NCBI RefSeq assembly: GCF_001194135.2
Contig: NC_068981.1
Coordinates: 83,195,133 to 83,259,132 of the forward strand
Length of the DNA stretch: 64,000 bases
Source: Octopus bimaculoides
Taxonomy: Eukaryota
Direction: 5' to 3'
Below the pieces are notes generated by a model. It was given only the letters and a program-made list of their open reading frames with translations. It did no database searches and was not told where the DNA came from. Below are positions 12,974 to 26,044 of the stretch, piece after piece. The translations under genes were made by a program, and so were the position numbers. Positions within the stretch are counted from its first letter, which is position 1; every line of letters starts with the position of its first letter.

Positions 12974-14927
12974 CAGACGGACAGATCGATCGATCGATCG
13001 ATAGTTAGATAGATGGAGATACAGAAATGCATCTTTATAAACATGCATGCTTATATTAATGTGTGTAAGTCTATATAATTGTATATCCTTTATTTCCATA
13101 TATGTTAGAAAATTTGACATAATGTTTTTTGATGTTAAGATCTTGGATACAAGAGAACCATGCAAATATACCTCCACTTTACACACAACCTATACACAAT
13201 AGCTTACTATCAATGCACACACACTCACACGATCTTACACACAAACACACTAACGTGCACGCATGCACATGAAACATAATTACGATTATCTATATTTTTA
13301 TGTATGTCTATCTGTCGATGCCTCCATCTCGAAGTCGCTCCTCTCACCGTCTTTCACATCCATCCATTCTCCCATTCAAAAAATCCCTGTTAGTCATGGA
13401 TTTCAACATCCTCTCAATGCCACGTTAATCGCTTGAAAACTCAAAGTAACACTTCATATTCAAAAAGATAAAATGTATTTCACCAATCTTCAATATATTA
13501 CTCACTCAGTATTAAATATAGTCTTACACACGATGCAAGACATTTATTCACGATATCAATCGTCATGCTCACATTAAGGATCAATGACCTAGGTATCAAG
13601 GAAACCGTTAACCTTTTATCTCTTAAAATATATTTTCCTTTGATTACGTATTCTCTCAAATATTGTCATTGAGTAGCTATGATATACGAGTCTGCATGAT
13701 AGCCAGATACACGGTACGCCTTAAATAACTGCGGCCTATCATTGAACTTTTCGAGTAGGAAACCTGAAATAGTTCACACATCAATTCTGCTGAATTGAGA
13801 ATATTTTGCTGAAACGAACAACAGAAAAATTATATATATATATATGAATACATATACACATCACACACACACACACACACAGAGATCTATATATATATCT
13901 GTGCGTGTGTGTGTGTAATGTGTGCGCTCTTCGTTTCAGCAAATCGAATGATAAGAGTGTGTGTGTATAGCAGCTAATTAGATCCTGCCAAGATGCACGG
14001 CATGAGAACGAACTTCGACCCACGTGGTTGCAAACTGTTTCTATGTAACCCCATACGCTACGCATGCGCGCACACAGACAGACACACACACACATATACA
14101 CTCTCATACGCAGTCATACACACACAACGTATTTACTTACCTAAACTGATATTTCGTTTTCATCAACATTGCATATTAATGGATAAATAAAAATTCTTCG
14201 CAAATTAGGAACAAAGTACTTCTTCGTGTATGTAGTACACTTTCTGCCTTAAGAAGAAACTTTAAATATAGATTTACCGACATAGTGTTTGAACTTATGG
14301 CCAAAATGTAAACTGTAAAACCTAACATATATCAGCACTAAGTTCTCACTAGGCTATTGTTCTACAGGGAAAAATATTGGTGTAAATAGGCAATTTGAAA
14401 CGTCAATATTTTTTTTTTTTAGATTTTAGCATTATGTTCTGTCATTCGTATGTACAGTGTACCATTCTAACATAGTTTGTTTGCCTTTACACTAGATCTA
14501 CTGTGAATTACACCAGGGACCAACAACTTCACTGATTCTGTCAGTTATCTTCTCTTCCAGTGTTATTCCCAATTTGTTATCTGGACTTGGTCCTACAAGG
14601 TTTGGTGATCTCTTTATATCTGCTGGCTGGAGCGCAATCGTTAATTCGAGAGAAACTAATATACTTAGAGTGAATCTTCAGAAATCGTTAGTTCGAGTTT
14701 CGAGCATAATGAAAAATAAGCAAGAAAATTTGTAAGAATCTCTGATTAGTTACAGAAACAGAGAGACGTGTGGGGAGAGAAAGCTACATGTGGGAATTAG
14801 TCAATAGAAAAGAAACGGATGATGAGTAATACAGGATGAGAAGTCTTACAGTCACGCAAATACATAAATAAAAACAGAGAAAGTTCAGATATACTAACTG
14901 AAAATACACACACACACACACACACAC

Positions 14928-14976
<49 letters not shown>

Positions 14977-15674
14977 CATACATACATACATACATACATA
15001 CATACATACATACATACATACATGCATGCATGCATACATACATACATACATTCATATATACTTATATATAGGCACAAACAGACATTCATTCGGTAAGACA
15101 GAGAAAAACACAGAATGACACCTAAAATGATGTTAGGGTGGAGAGAGTTGATGTCAGAAGTCAGAAGCCAGAAATTATGTGAGAGCCAATAAGCAACGCT
15201 TTAGTTGATTCTGCATTGACATCTTGATATATGGATAGTATTGAGGTAGATTTTTTCCTTAGCTTTGACCGCAATTCCCACACGTTTTATACGACGTTGA
15301 CTTGAAGCCTAAAACGGAAGTTCGGCAGACATACCGCTTATTGCCGAAGGAGTATTTTTCACAATTAATAACATCCTATGTTGTAATATTTAATTTCAAG
15401 TATACAGGAATGTCTGTATGAAAATGTATGTACATGAATTTATGCACAAACAGACATGCAAACGCGTANNNNNNNNNNNNNNNNNNNNNNNNNNNNNNNN
15501 NNNNNNNNNNNNNNNNNNNNNNNNNNNNNNNNNNNNNNNNNNNNNNNNNNNNNNNNNNNNNNNNNNNNNNNNNNNNNNNNNNNNNNNNNNNNNNNNNNNN
15601 NNNNNNNNNNNNNNNNNNNNNNNNNNNNNNNNNNNNNNNNNNNNNNNNNNNNNNNNNNNNTATTTGTGCCTTTC

Positions 15675-15826
<152 letters not shown>

Positions 15827-16043
15827 ACAGACAGAAACACATGAATAGCTATAGTAAGATTATGAGACGAAGCGGAAACAAAAAACAAATACTATATGGA
15901 GTCAGAAAAGCGAAAGCACGTGACTGAAAAACCGCAAACTATACGGCGAAAAAACTAGACAAAGAAGTGTGTAAAAACAGTAAATACGGCGAAGGAAGAT
16001 AATATGTGTGTATGGGGGGGGGTACGTGTACGTATGTCTGTGT

Positions 16044-16092
<49 letters not shown>

Positions 16093-16246
16093 TATATATA
16101 TGTATATATATACAGCAAATAGATATATATGCTGTACACTTAGATATATGAAGCAGTTCCAGTGTTGATTGTGTACCATCGTACATGTGTGTGTATATGT
16201 TACCTGTTAAACATATAGTGTTATAAGTGTGTGAGTATTTCTGTGT

Positions 16247-16286
<40 letters not shown>

Positions 16287-16566
16287 CATACTCTCACCGT
16301 GTTAATCTATGTATCGACATTTAAAATAACAATACACGTGTTTCAAATCATTGAATAATGTGTAGCATAAACGTGCACACATTCATGCACACCTACGCAC
16401 ACACATTTGCACCTATAAATGCATACATAACCTTCACTATTTGCCTCATGGAATTACTCACTCTCACACATACACCTATCTGTCTTTCTCTCTTTATCTC
16501 TCTCTCCCTCTCTCTCTCATTCTCTCTGTCTATCCATCCATGTATGCATGTATGTATGTTTGTATG

Positions 16567-16601
<35 letters not shown>

Positions 16602-17544
16602 NNNNNNNNNNNNNNNNNNNNNNNNNNNNNNNNNNNNNNNNNNNNNNNNNNNNNNNNNNNNNNNNNNNNNNNNNNNNNNNNNNNNNNNNNNNNNNNNNNN
16701 NNNNNNNNNNNNNNNNNNNNNNNNNNNNNNNNNNNNNNNNNNNNNNNNNNNNNNNNNNNNNNNNNNNNNNNNNNNNNNNNNNNNNNNNNNNNNNNNNNNN
16801 NNNNNNNNNNNNNNNNNNNNNNNNNNNNNNNNNNNNNNNNNNNNNNNNNNNNNNNNNNNNNNNNNNNNNNNNNNNNNNNNNNNNNNNNNNNNNNNNNNNN
16901 NNNNNNNNNNNNNNNNNNNNNNNNNNNNNNNNNNNNNNNNNNNNNNNNNNNNNNNNNNNNNNNNNNNNNNNNNNNNNNNNNNNNNNNNNNNNNNNNNNNN
17001 NNNNNNNNNNNNNNNNNNNNNNNNNNNNNNNNNNNNNNNNNNNNNNNNNNNNNNNNNNNNNNNNNNNNNNNNNNNNNNNNNNNNNNNNNNNNNNNNNNNN
17101 NNNNNNNNNNNNNNNNNNNNNNNNNNNNNNNNNNNNNNNNNNNNNNNNNNNNNNNNNNNNNNNNNNNNNNNNNNNNNNNNNNNNNNNNNNNNNNNNNNNN
17201 NNNNNNNNNNNNNNNNNNNNNNNNNNNNNNNNNNNNNNNNNNNNNNNNNNNNNNNNNNNNNNNNNNNNNNNNNNNNNNNNNNNNNNNNNNNNNNNNNNNN
17301 NNNNNNNNNNNNNNNNNNNNNNNNNNNNNNNNNNNNNNNNNNNNNNNNNNNNNNNNNNNNNNNNNNNNNNNNNNNNNNNNNNNNNNNNNNNNNNNNNNNN
17401 NNNNNNNNNNNNNNNNNNNNNNNNNNNNNNNNNNNNNNNNNNNNNNNNNNNNNNNNNNNNNNNNNNNNNNNNNNNNNNNNTATATATATATATAATAATT
17501 TTTCCAGAGGATGTAGCAAATTTAAAGTTTAAAAACCTTATAAT

Positions 17545-17621
<77 letters not shown>

Positions 17622-17624
17622 TGT

Positions 17625-17810
17625 GTGTCTTTGTTAGTCCTCTACCATCGCTTGACACCGATGTTGGTTTGTTTACGACGCCGTAACTTAACGATTCGGC
17701 ATGACAGACCGATACTAGGCTTACAAAGAATAAGTCCTGGTGGCGATCTGTTCGAGTAAAGGCTGCATAGTCGCAGTCAAATGGCAGAAACAAGTAGAAA
17801 TTTAAAAGAA
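17625..17810 (+). mobile_element. SINE family A, 3' half
   Basis: ccatcgcttgacaccgatgttgg...actaggcttacaaagaataagtcctgg...gcagtcaaatggcagaaacaagt. Confidence 0.85.
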
Positions 17811-18622
17811 TAAACGAATGTATATATATCCCTTCATAATATTTTCCTTTTTAGCTGCTTTCCTCTTAACAGAAATAAGAAATAGTGAAAATACGAGAAA
17901 AATTACAAAAATAGGAACCGAAGTAAACTTAAAACCATCGGCTTAGTAGAAAAGTAATAGTTGTGTCTGTGTGTGTGTGTGTGTGTCTGGCAGTATGTTT
18001 TATTAATAATCACAGCTGTTGAACTTGGCAAAAAATCTCAATGCGAGGTGTTTATTACGTTTGGGTGTTCTAAATATCGCTGGTAGTTAAATAATATGTT
18101 GTTTAACTGACATGTTTAGCAGGTTCTTCAGATATTTTAAACATATAATTAACAAGATATATTGTTAAACACAGGCTAAAATATATACTCGCACACGCAC
18201 CCCCCACACACACACATGCACACACACATATCTATGCATGTAAATGGATTTATATATATATTCATTTATACACGCAAGCGCACGCACGCACGCACATACG
18301 TAAGTGCATATATACCTACATGCACATATATCTATGTATATGTATATATATTTTGGGGATTTACAATTTATATGTGTATATATATATATATATATTATAT
18401 ATATATATATNNNNNNNNNNNNNNNNNNNNNNNNNNNNNNNNNNNNNNNNNNNNNNNNNNNNNNNNNNNNNNNNNNNNNNNNNNNNNNNNNNNNNNNNNN
18501 NNNNNNNNNNNNNNNNNNNNNNNNNNNNNNNNNNNNNNNNNNNNNNNNNNNNNNNNNNNNNNNNNNNNNNNNNNNNNNNNNNNNNNNNNNNNNNNNNNNN
18601 NNNNNNNNNNNNNNNNNNNNNN

Positions 18623-18912
18623 GTTTCGATTCCCAGGCCAGGTGTTGTGAGTGTGTATTGAGCGAAATCACCTAAAGCTCCACGAGGTTCCGGCAGGGAG
18701 GGGGCTGATGACGAACCCTGCTGCACTCTTTCGCCACAACTTTCTCTCATTCTGTTGTACCTGTAATTCAAAGGGCCAGCCTTGTTACACTCTGTGTCAC
18801 GCTGAATCTTACCGAGAACTACGTTAAGGGTACACGTGTCTGTGGACTACTCAGGCTGTTCCGTTGATCGGATCAACTGGGACCCGCGTCGTTGTAACCG
18901 ACGGAGTGCCAA
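18623..18912 (+). mobile_element. SINE family C (head lost in gap), with the tail it shares with family D
   Basis: B box gtttcgattccc; gagcgaaatcacctaaagctccac body matches 28371 and 45550; ends gtaaccgacggagtgcc. Confidence 0.85.
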
Positions 18913-21221
18913 GACATACATGTATCTTAAATTTTGTTTCCACTCTATCGAGTCTTACCATCAGTAAAAATTCTGTTATTCACATTTCTTTTTAAGATAA
19001 TGACCATCATTTAAAGCGTTACAAATGCACGCAATGTATATGTGCGTGTGCTTAAGGAATGTGTGTAACTCTGTGTGTGTGTGTCTGTGAGTCTGTGTGT
19101 GTGTGTGTTTGTGTGTGTTTGTGTGTGTATGCGTGAGTGTTGTGTATTCTGTGTGTGTATTTACGTTTACTCATTTGTCAACCAATCAATGTTCGGCCAA
19201 GCATCGTTTCCCTCTTTTCACAATTGCTTTCTTGGGATGGTATTCTCTTCTAAACAATCACACGTGTCGATAGTCATGCATTTTTTTCCGTCAATTTTTC
19301 CGTCAATTTTTTCCGTCAATCTTTCCTGACTACAGTGAAAAAGATTGTGAAGAGAACGTGACTGTCAGAAATTAATATAGACATTTAATGTTCTGTCCCA
19401 ACTCTCATTGGCAGATTTGAAATTCTACTTATTGATTAAGTTGAAGATGGAGAAAGATATGGGACCCTCTATTAAATATGCGTCAATGTAGATGAAAGTG
19501 ACAAGCTTAGTTCCAGAGAAATATGACGGTTACCCTATGTATTTAGGGTAAACCTGCATTTGTTGTCAACCTTGATTCTCGGTGGTGATCTCCTACTTAA
19601 GATATCACGTTATTCTGTATAATGTATATGCCATTATTTTTCAATGAATTTCATCTATTTTCAGTGAAAGCCATCTCACTTTTTTTAGACATTCTGTAAT
19701 ACGTCTCCTCTCTCAGTCCAGTACCAATACATAAATTAAAATTATTTTCGCTGCTAATTTGTTTTTCAGGATTTACTATATTTAATAAGCAACTGCATGA
19801 TGAAAGCTTCAGATTCTATTTCAGATTCGTACGATATATTTATGAATTGAATGACCCTGAAACTTTCGCATTACATTCTTCATATCTAGGACAGTCTTTA
19901 TGTAATGTTTAGTAACGTACAGCGGCTAGTCAATAACTTTATTTCCTCCTTCACGTAAGATGTATTTGATTTCATATCCTTTACTGAACGTTTTAAGAAG
20001 TTAAATTAATAAGTCTGAAAGCCGATAACTGTGTTGATTTAATATGAATTGAATTAGTTACTTACCATTTTTGTTGTTTTATCTGTCACTTTTGAAAATG
20101 AGACGGATGTATTTCCGATAGATCTTTCATGTTATAGAGACACACACTCCCGTCTGTGTGACTGTGCAATGTGCATGCGTCTACGTATATATGGAAGTAC
20201 GTATGCATGCATGTGTGCGTGTATGTATATATATATATATATATACACAAAGTTGAGGAGGGTATTGGATTTAACCAAACCCAAAAAGATACAGGTAATA
20301 CCGAGTAAGTGCTGTATACCGACTAGTTATGCCCCAGTCGTTGTATGAACAAGATTGGGGATTATAAGTCGTGTATTAGCGTGTGCATGTATAAATATAT
20401 AAAAAGATAAAGAGAGCAATGGTAAAGTTGGAAATATATTTTATGGATAGAGTCTTACAGCTTTAAAATGGTCCATCTTAGATTCTGGAACTTCATACCA
20501 GGGTAAGTGCTCCAGCTGCAAGTTTTGCCCAAAGGAGGCGTTCCATATTTTAAAATATAATTCTCCCACTCTACTTAATCGATATAATGAAGCATTTAGC
20601 AACTGCAATCACCGTTCTTTCCATACCTTTAAATTTTATCACAAACAAAAATGCACAAACGATCACGCAACATAATCGGACGGCTCCCCATAGGCAACCT
20701 ATTCGACCTGGCAAAACCATCCATATTTTACCAAGTAAAGGCACCCAAGTTCCGGGAGACATATTAAGTATACCACTTAAACAGACTAGGGCGGGATTTC
20801 AACTCAGAATTCAAAGATGTGAAACAAATACGCCAGGCATACTGGATGGCGTTCTTAGACTTCCACCAAACAACTGCCACAGATTGGTCCTTTATTTATT
20901 CTATCGGTCTCTTTTGCCGAACCGCTAGTTGTGGTGAGCTAAATACACGGAGACCGATTGTCAAGCGATGAATGGGGAGCAACCTCAGACACAAAGACTT
21001 ACACAAATACGCATATACATATACATATATGTGGTGGGTAGGTGAATAAAGTCACTTACAGGAGATAGATATATATGTGTGTGCATATATATATGTATAT
21101 ATATCTATATATACTTGTATATGCATATACGTTTATATATATATGTGTAACCCTTTCACTGTCTTACAATCTCATTATGATAATGCCTGTATTTCAATAA
21201 ATTTGTCAAATAATGAAGAAT

Positions 21222-21607
21222 TATAGGTACATGCGTGGCTGTGTGGTAAGAAGCTGGCTTCCCAACCACATGGTTCCAGGTTTATTCCCACAATGAGGCA
21301 CCTTGGGTAAGTGCCTTCTACTATAGCTCAGGTCTACGAAAGTTTTGTGAGTGGAGTTGGTGGACGGAAACTGAAAAAAGCCTGTCGTATGTATATATGT
21401 TTGTGTGTGTGTGTTTGTGTTTGTGCCCCATAACCATTTGAAAACCGGTGTTGGTGTGTTTCCGTCCCCGTAACTTAGCGGTTCCGCAAAAGAAACCGAT
21501 AGAATAAACACCAGCTTTTTTAAGAAAAAAAACATCCTGGAGTCCTTCGAGGCGGTGCTGCAGCATGGCCGGTCAAATGACTGAAAGAAGTAAACGAATA
21601 AAAGATA
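21222..21607 (+). mobile_element. Near full-length SINE family A
   Basis: tRNA-like head gtggctgtgtggtaag...ggttccaggtttattccc, internal (GT/AT) microsatellite, tail ggcggtgctgcagcatggccggtcaaatgactgaaa. Confidence 0.9.
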
Positions 21608-21804
21608 AGGGCAGTAGAATTACTTATTATCTAATTGCTTTCAACGCCACAGTTTTTCGTTTCGGAAGTGTAATGTGATTCCAAGTATATTAAAGGTTTA
21701 CAAGTCAATATTTTGTCTTATTGTGTGATACCAGTGTGATGTTTGTGTGTTATTGTGTGTTAGCAGTGCGATGTTTTCTCTCTTCTTGTTTTCTTGTATG
21801 TCTT

Positions 21805-22005
21805 CTATTTGTTTTATTCATTAAACTGCGCCTCTGCTAGCCTTGAAGAATTTTAGACGAACTTATCGACATTAGTACTTATTACATTTTTGTAAAGCGT
21901 GGTACTTATTCTATCGTTCTATTTTGCCGAACCGCTTATGTTAAGGGCATGTAAAGACATCAACATTGGTTGACAAACGATGGTGAAGGACAAACACATG
22001 CACAA

Positions 22006-22057
<52 letters not shown>

Positions 22058-22250
22058 ACCATATATATAAATATAACTATATACATAGATATGACAGGCT
22101 ACTTTCAGTTTCCTTATGCCAAATCTACCTACAAGGCTTTGGTCGGCCCTAAGGTATTATAGAAGAAACCTGCCCAAGATTCCACACAGGGGGAATGAAC
22201 CTGGAACCAAATAGCTGGAAAGCAAACTTCTTACCACATAGCCACGCCTT
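21805..22250 (-). mobile_element. Decayed full-length SINE family A
   Basis: Reverse-complement match to head (cttaccacatagccacgcc), body and tail. Confidence 0.8.
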
Positions 22251-22383
22251 CCCGAGCCAGTACTGCAAGTTATGACGTTTCGTAAACAAATACGTCTAAG
22301 TAAACAATGCGATCGAAGATAGAAAAGAATAGGCTACGGGTATATATATGCATATTTCAATAACCTCTGGAATATGCATATGC

Positions 22384-22700
22384 TGGCACTTCGTCGGCTA
22401 CGACAATGACGGTTCCAGTTGATTCGATCCACAAAACAGCTTGTTTGTGAAATTAATGTGCAAGGTGCCTGAGCACTGCATAGACACTCACACCCTTAAC
22501 GTAATTCTCGGGAAGATTCATCGAGACACACAGTATATGACAAAGCAGGCCATTTCAAGTACTACTCATTTTTACCAGCTGAGTGGACTGGAGTAATGGG
22601 AAATAAATTGTCTTGCTCAAGGACACAACGTGTCACCGGGAATTGAACTCATGACCTTCCGATCGTTAGCCGAATATATTAACCACTAAGCCACGTGCCT
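22384..22700 (-). mobile_element. SINE family D (tRNA head, ccttgagcaagac central domain, family-C-type tail)
   Basis: Minus strand reads gtggcttagtggtt...gagttcaattccc...gtgtccttgagcaagac...ctccagtccactcagctgg...cgtagccgacgaagtgcc. Confidence 0.85.
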
Positions 22701-22807
22701 TCACTGTACATATACACTCACTACCTATTTTTATTATCTTCTTTTGCATTGTTTATCCAGACGCATTTGTTTACGAAACGCCTTAGCTTACAGAGATACT
22801 CTCTTGC

Positions 22808-23499
22808 TCTCTTTTACTTGTTTCAGTCATTTGACTGCGGCCATGCTGGAGCATCACCTTTAGTCGAACAAATTGTCTTCTTTGTAAGCTTAGTACTTAT
22901 TCTATCGGTTCCTTTTGCCGAACCGCTAGGTTACGGGGACGTGAACACACCAGCATTGGTTATCAAGCGATGGTGGGGGGGGACAAACACAGACACACAA
23001 ACACACATACATACATATATATATATATACATATATACGACGGGCTTCTTTCAGTTTCCGTCTACCAAATCCACTCACAAGGCTTTGGTCGGCCCGAGGC
23101 TATAGTAGAAGACTCCTGCCCAAGATGCCACGCAGTGAAACTGAATTCGGGACCATGTGGTTGGTAAGCAAGCTACTTTATTTCATAAATATTTGCCATA
23201 AAGGCATTACAAAGAGGGGACGAACAAGGATAGACAAACATAAAAAGGGTGAAGTAGCTGTATCGATTAAATATTTACAATTTTAAATATACAATAAAAA
23301 TTTGATTATATTTACAACACACTCAGCTTCCTCGCCACAGGCTTCCATCTTCTCATGAATCTGTCTCGTGAAAGGTACCTCTTCTCCACTCTGATCTTAC
23401 TTCTGAGGTGGTAACAAAATAAGTTAACTAACCCCTGGCCAGATACAAAGGTATCCGTCACTATGCAAGCTACTTACCACACAGCCACTCCTGCGCCTA
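22808..23499 (-). mobile_element. Full-length SINE family A interrupted by a LINE insertion
   Basis: Body 22808-23178; the head resumes at 23465-23499 (gcaagctacttaccacacagccactcctgcgccta). Confidence 0.92.
23179..23464 (-). mobile_element. 5'-truncated non-LTR retrotransposon 3' end (Tx1/L1-like), 11-bp target-site duplication
   Basis: TSD gcaagctactt at 23168-23178 and 23465-23475; open frame 23464-23312 IVTDTFVSGQGLVNLFCYHLRSKIRVEKRYLSRDRFMRRWKPVARKLSVL*, then a 3' UTR ending gaaataa. Clade assignment is by recalled resemblance only. Confidence 0.75.
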
Positions 23500-23963
23500 T
23501 ATGATTGTGATTTCTATTGAAAATCAATAGAAATAAATTTGAAGGTGAAATGATTTAATCTTCACGAAGCTGATATATGGAACATGAAATTTTTATGGAA
23601 TATCTTCATTTAGATCACTTTAAAACAAAGAATGTATGATAGTAACAGGGTTGGTCACATGCGGGTTGGCATCAAAAGATACCACTTTCATCTTCCAACT
23701 CACTTGTGCCTCGAGCATGGTCGGAGAACCCATTCATGCGTGAAGGCACTCGCAGGAAAGGTCAAGCGGCATCGCAAGGACGGAAGTATATTTTGAATTG
23801 AAGTATCTCGTATAAAGTCGTCAATAGCTTACTTCCTACTGCACACTTCAGAATATCTTTAGATGTTTACCATACACACCGTCATTCTCTCTCTCTCTCT
23901 TTCTTTCTCTCTTTCTCTTTCTCTTTCTCTTTCTCTCTCTCTCTCTCTCTGTTTCTCTCTGTT

Positions 23964-23995
<32 letters not shown>

Positions 23996-24308
23996 TCCCT
24001 TTCTCTCTGTACTCAAGACGTTTTTGGCCTATCACAACTTTCATCTATCGTTTCATTTAAGAAAATATCTAGCATATTATTCAGGACGACCTTTTAGCAG
24101 CATATGAATCAATGATTTCTATAGCACATACTACCTATTCTTTCTGAATATATACTCATACATACATAGATACATACATACATACATACATACATACATA
24201 CAAATAAATATATATATATACGTGTGTACGTGTGTATACATGTATGTATGTACATTATACATATACTATATATACCATATACTGTATACTATATACCATG
24301 CAGCCATT

Positions 24309-24311
24309 CTA

Positions 24312-24396
<85 letters not shown>

Positions 24397-24413
24397 CAAA
24401 TAATAATAATGAT
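24309..24413 (+). repeat. (AAT)n microsatellite
   Basis: Direct run. Confidence 0.97.
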
Positions 24414-24961
24414 AAATGGCCTGATGCAGTACCAGAGAGTGGCGCTCATGGCTGCTGATCTTAATTGATTGGAAGTGTCATCATGTACATTGTTTTGTCT
24501 TAATATAGAAGATGGGCTACAGTAAATATTCTGCTCAATACCACAGAATTGCTTGTCAGTTGTTTGACCATAACCAGTTGACCATGTCCTTTAGTGGATA
24601 TGTTCATCTCTGATCATGAGCAGAAGTAGTGGGGAAGCATCATAGCCGCATGTTGAAAGGAATTCCTAGAGGTTTGGATAATTCACCTTTGGAAACATGG
24701 GTGGTTCGTTCAACATCCTTAAACAATCCTTATTCACGGAATGCGCAGAATGGGCTACTCGACCACAAGAAAATCCTAACTAGGCCCCACCTGCAAGCTC
24801 ATGCGCTGTTTATCTTGATATGAGATCACCATATCGCGCACATATGGTTCTGATGCATGTGCCTGGTGTACCCTTATCGAACAGCTAGTCATGATGGGTA
24901 TACTGGGCTTCGTATATTTTATCCCAGTGTCACTTTGATGGTATGCACTGCTCTCTCACTC
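24414..24961. mobile_element. Unclassified ~550-bp non-coding element embedded in (AAT)n
   Basis: Complex-sequence block bounded by AAT repeats on both sides; no convincing ORF; no second copy in the window. Confidence 0.45.
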
Positions 24962-24994
24962 AATAATGATAATAATAATAAATATCACTGCCAC

Positions 24995-25056
<62 letters not shown>

Positions 25057-25059
<3 letters not shown>

Positions 25060-25340
25060 TAGTTTTATTTTTATAACGTACTTTCACTTCACTACCGAGC
25101 GCAGCTCTGTGCGCCTTGGGTATGTGCTGTGGTTTGCTGTGGTGCTCTTATGTTTACTGTATTGAAAGTGTTTTGCGTAGAATGTGTGCAGTACCCAGTA
25201 GTGCAATTTTCTGTATGTTATATATATTTGTAAGTCCTGGTGTTTTTGTTATGTATTTGTCTGAATATTTTTTTATTATACCTAAGGCACCTACTATGAT
25301 AGGAATTGTTTCTGTTTTTAGATTCCACATTCGAGTTATC
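25057..25340 (-). mobile_element. R4/Dong-clade non-LTR retrotransposon 3' end abutting (TAA)n
   Basis: ITRMWNLKTETIPIIVGALGIIKKYSDKYITKTPGLTNIYNIQKIALLGTAHILRKTLSIQ* is the C-terminus of a restriction-like endonuclease ORF; a ~100-bp 3' UTR is followed by (AAT)n at 24995-25056. Confidence 0.85.
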
Positions 25341-25874
25341 NNNNNNNNNNNNNNNNNNNNNNNNNNNNNNNNNNNNNNNNNNNNNNNNNNNNNNNNNNNN
25401 NNNNNNNNNNNNNNNNNNNNNNNNNNNNNNNNNNNNNNNNNNNNNNNNNNNNNNNNNNNNNNNNNNNNNNNNNNNNNNNNNNNNNNNNNNNNNNNNNNNN
25501 NNNNNNNNNNNNNNNNNNNNNNNNNNNNNNNNNNNNNNNNNNNNNNNNNNNNNNNNNNNNNNNNNNNNNNNNNNNNNNNNNNNNNNNNNNNNNNNNNNNN
25601 NNNNNNNNNNNNNNNNNNNNNNNNNNNNNNNNNNNNNNNNNNNNNNNNNNNNNNNNNNNNNNNNNNNNNNNNNNNNNNNNNNNNNNNNNNNNNNNNNNNN
25701 NNNNNNNNNNNNNNNNNNNNNNNNNNNNNNNNNNNNNNNNNNNNNNNNNNNNNNNNNNNNNNNNNNNNNNNNNNNNNNNNNNNNNNNNNNNNNNNNNNNN
25801 NNNNNNNNNNNNNNNNNNNNNNNNNNNNNNNNNNNNNNNNNNNNNNNNNNNNNNNNNNNNNNNNNNNNNNNNNN

Positions 25875-25958
<84 letters not shown>

Positions 25959-26044
25959 GTGTGTGTGTGTGTGTGTATGTGTGTGTGTATACCTACATAC
26001 ATACATACATACATATATATGTATGTATGTATGTATATACATAG

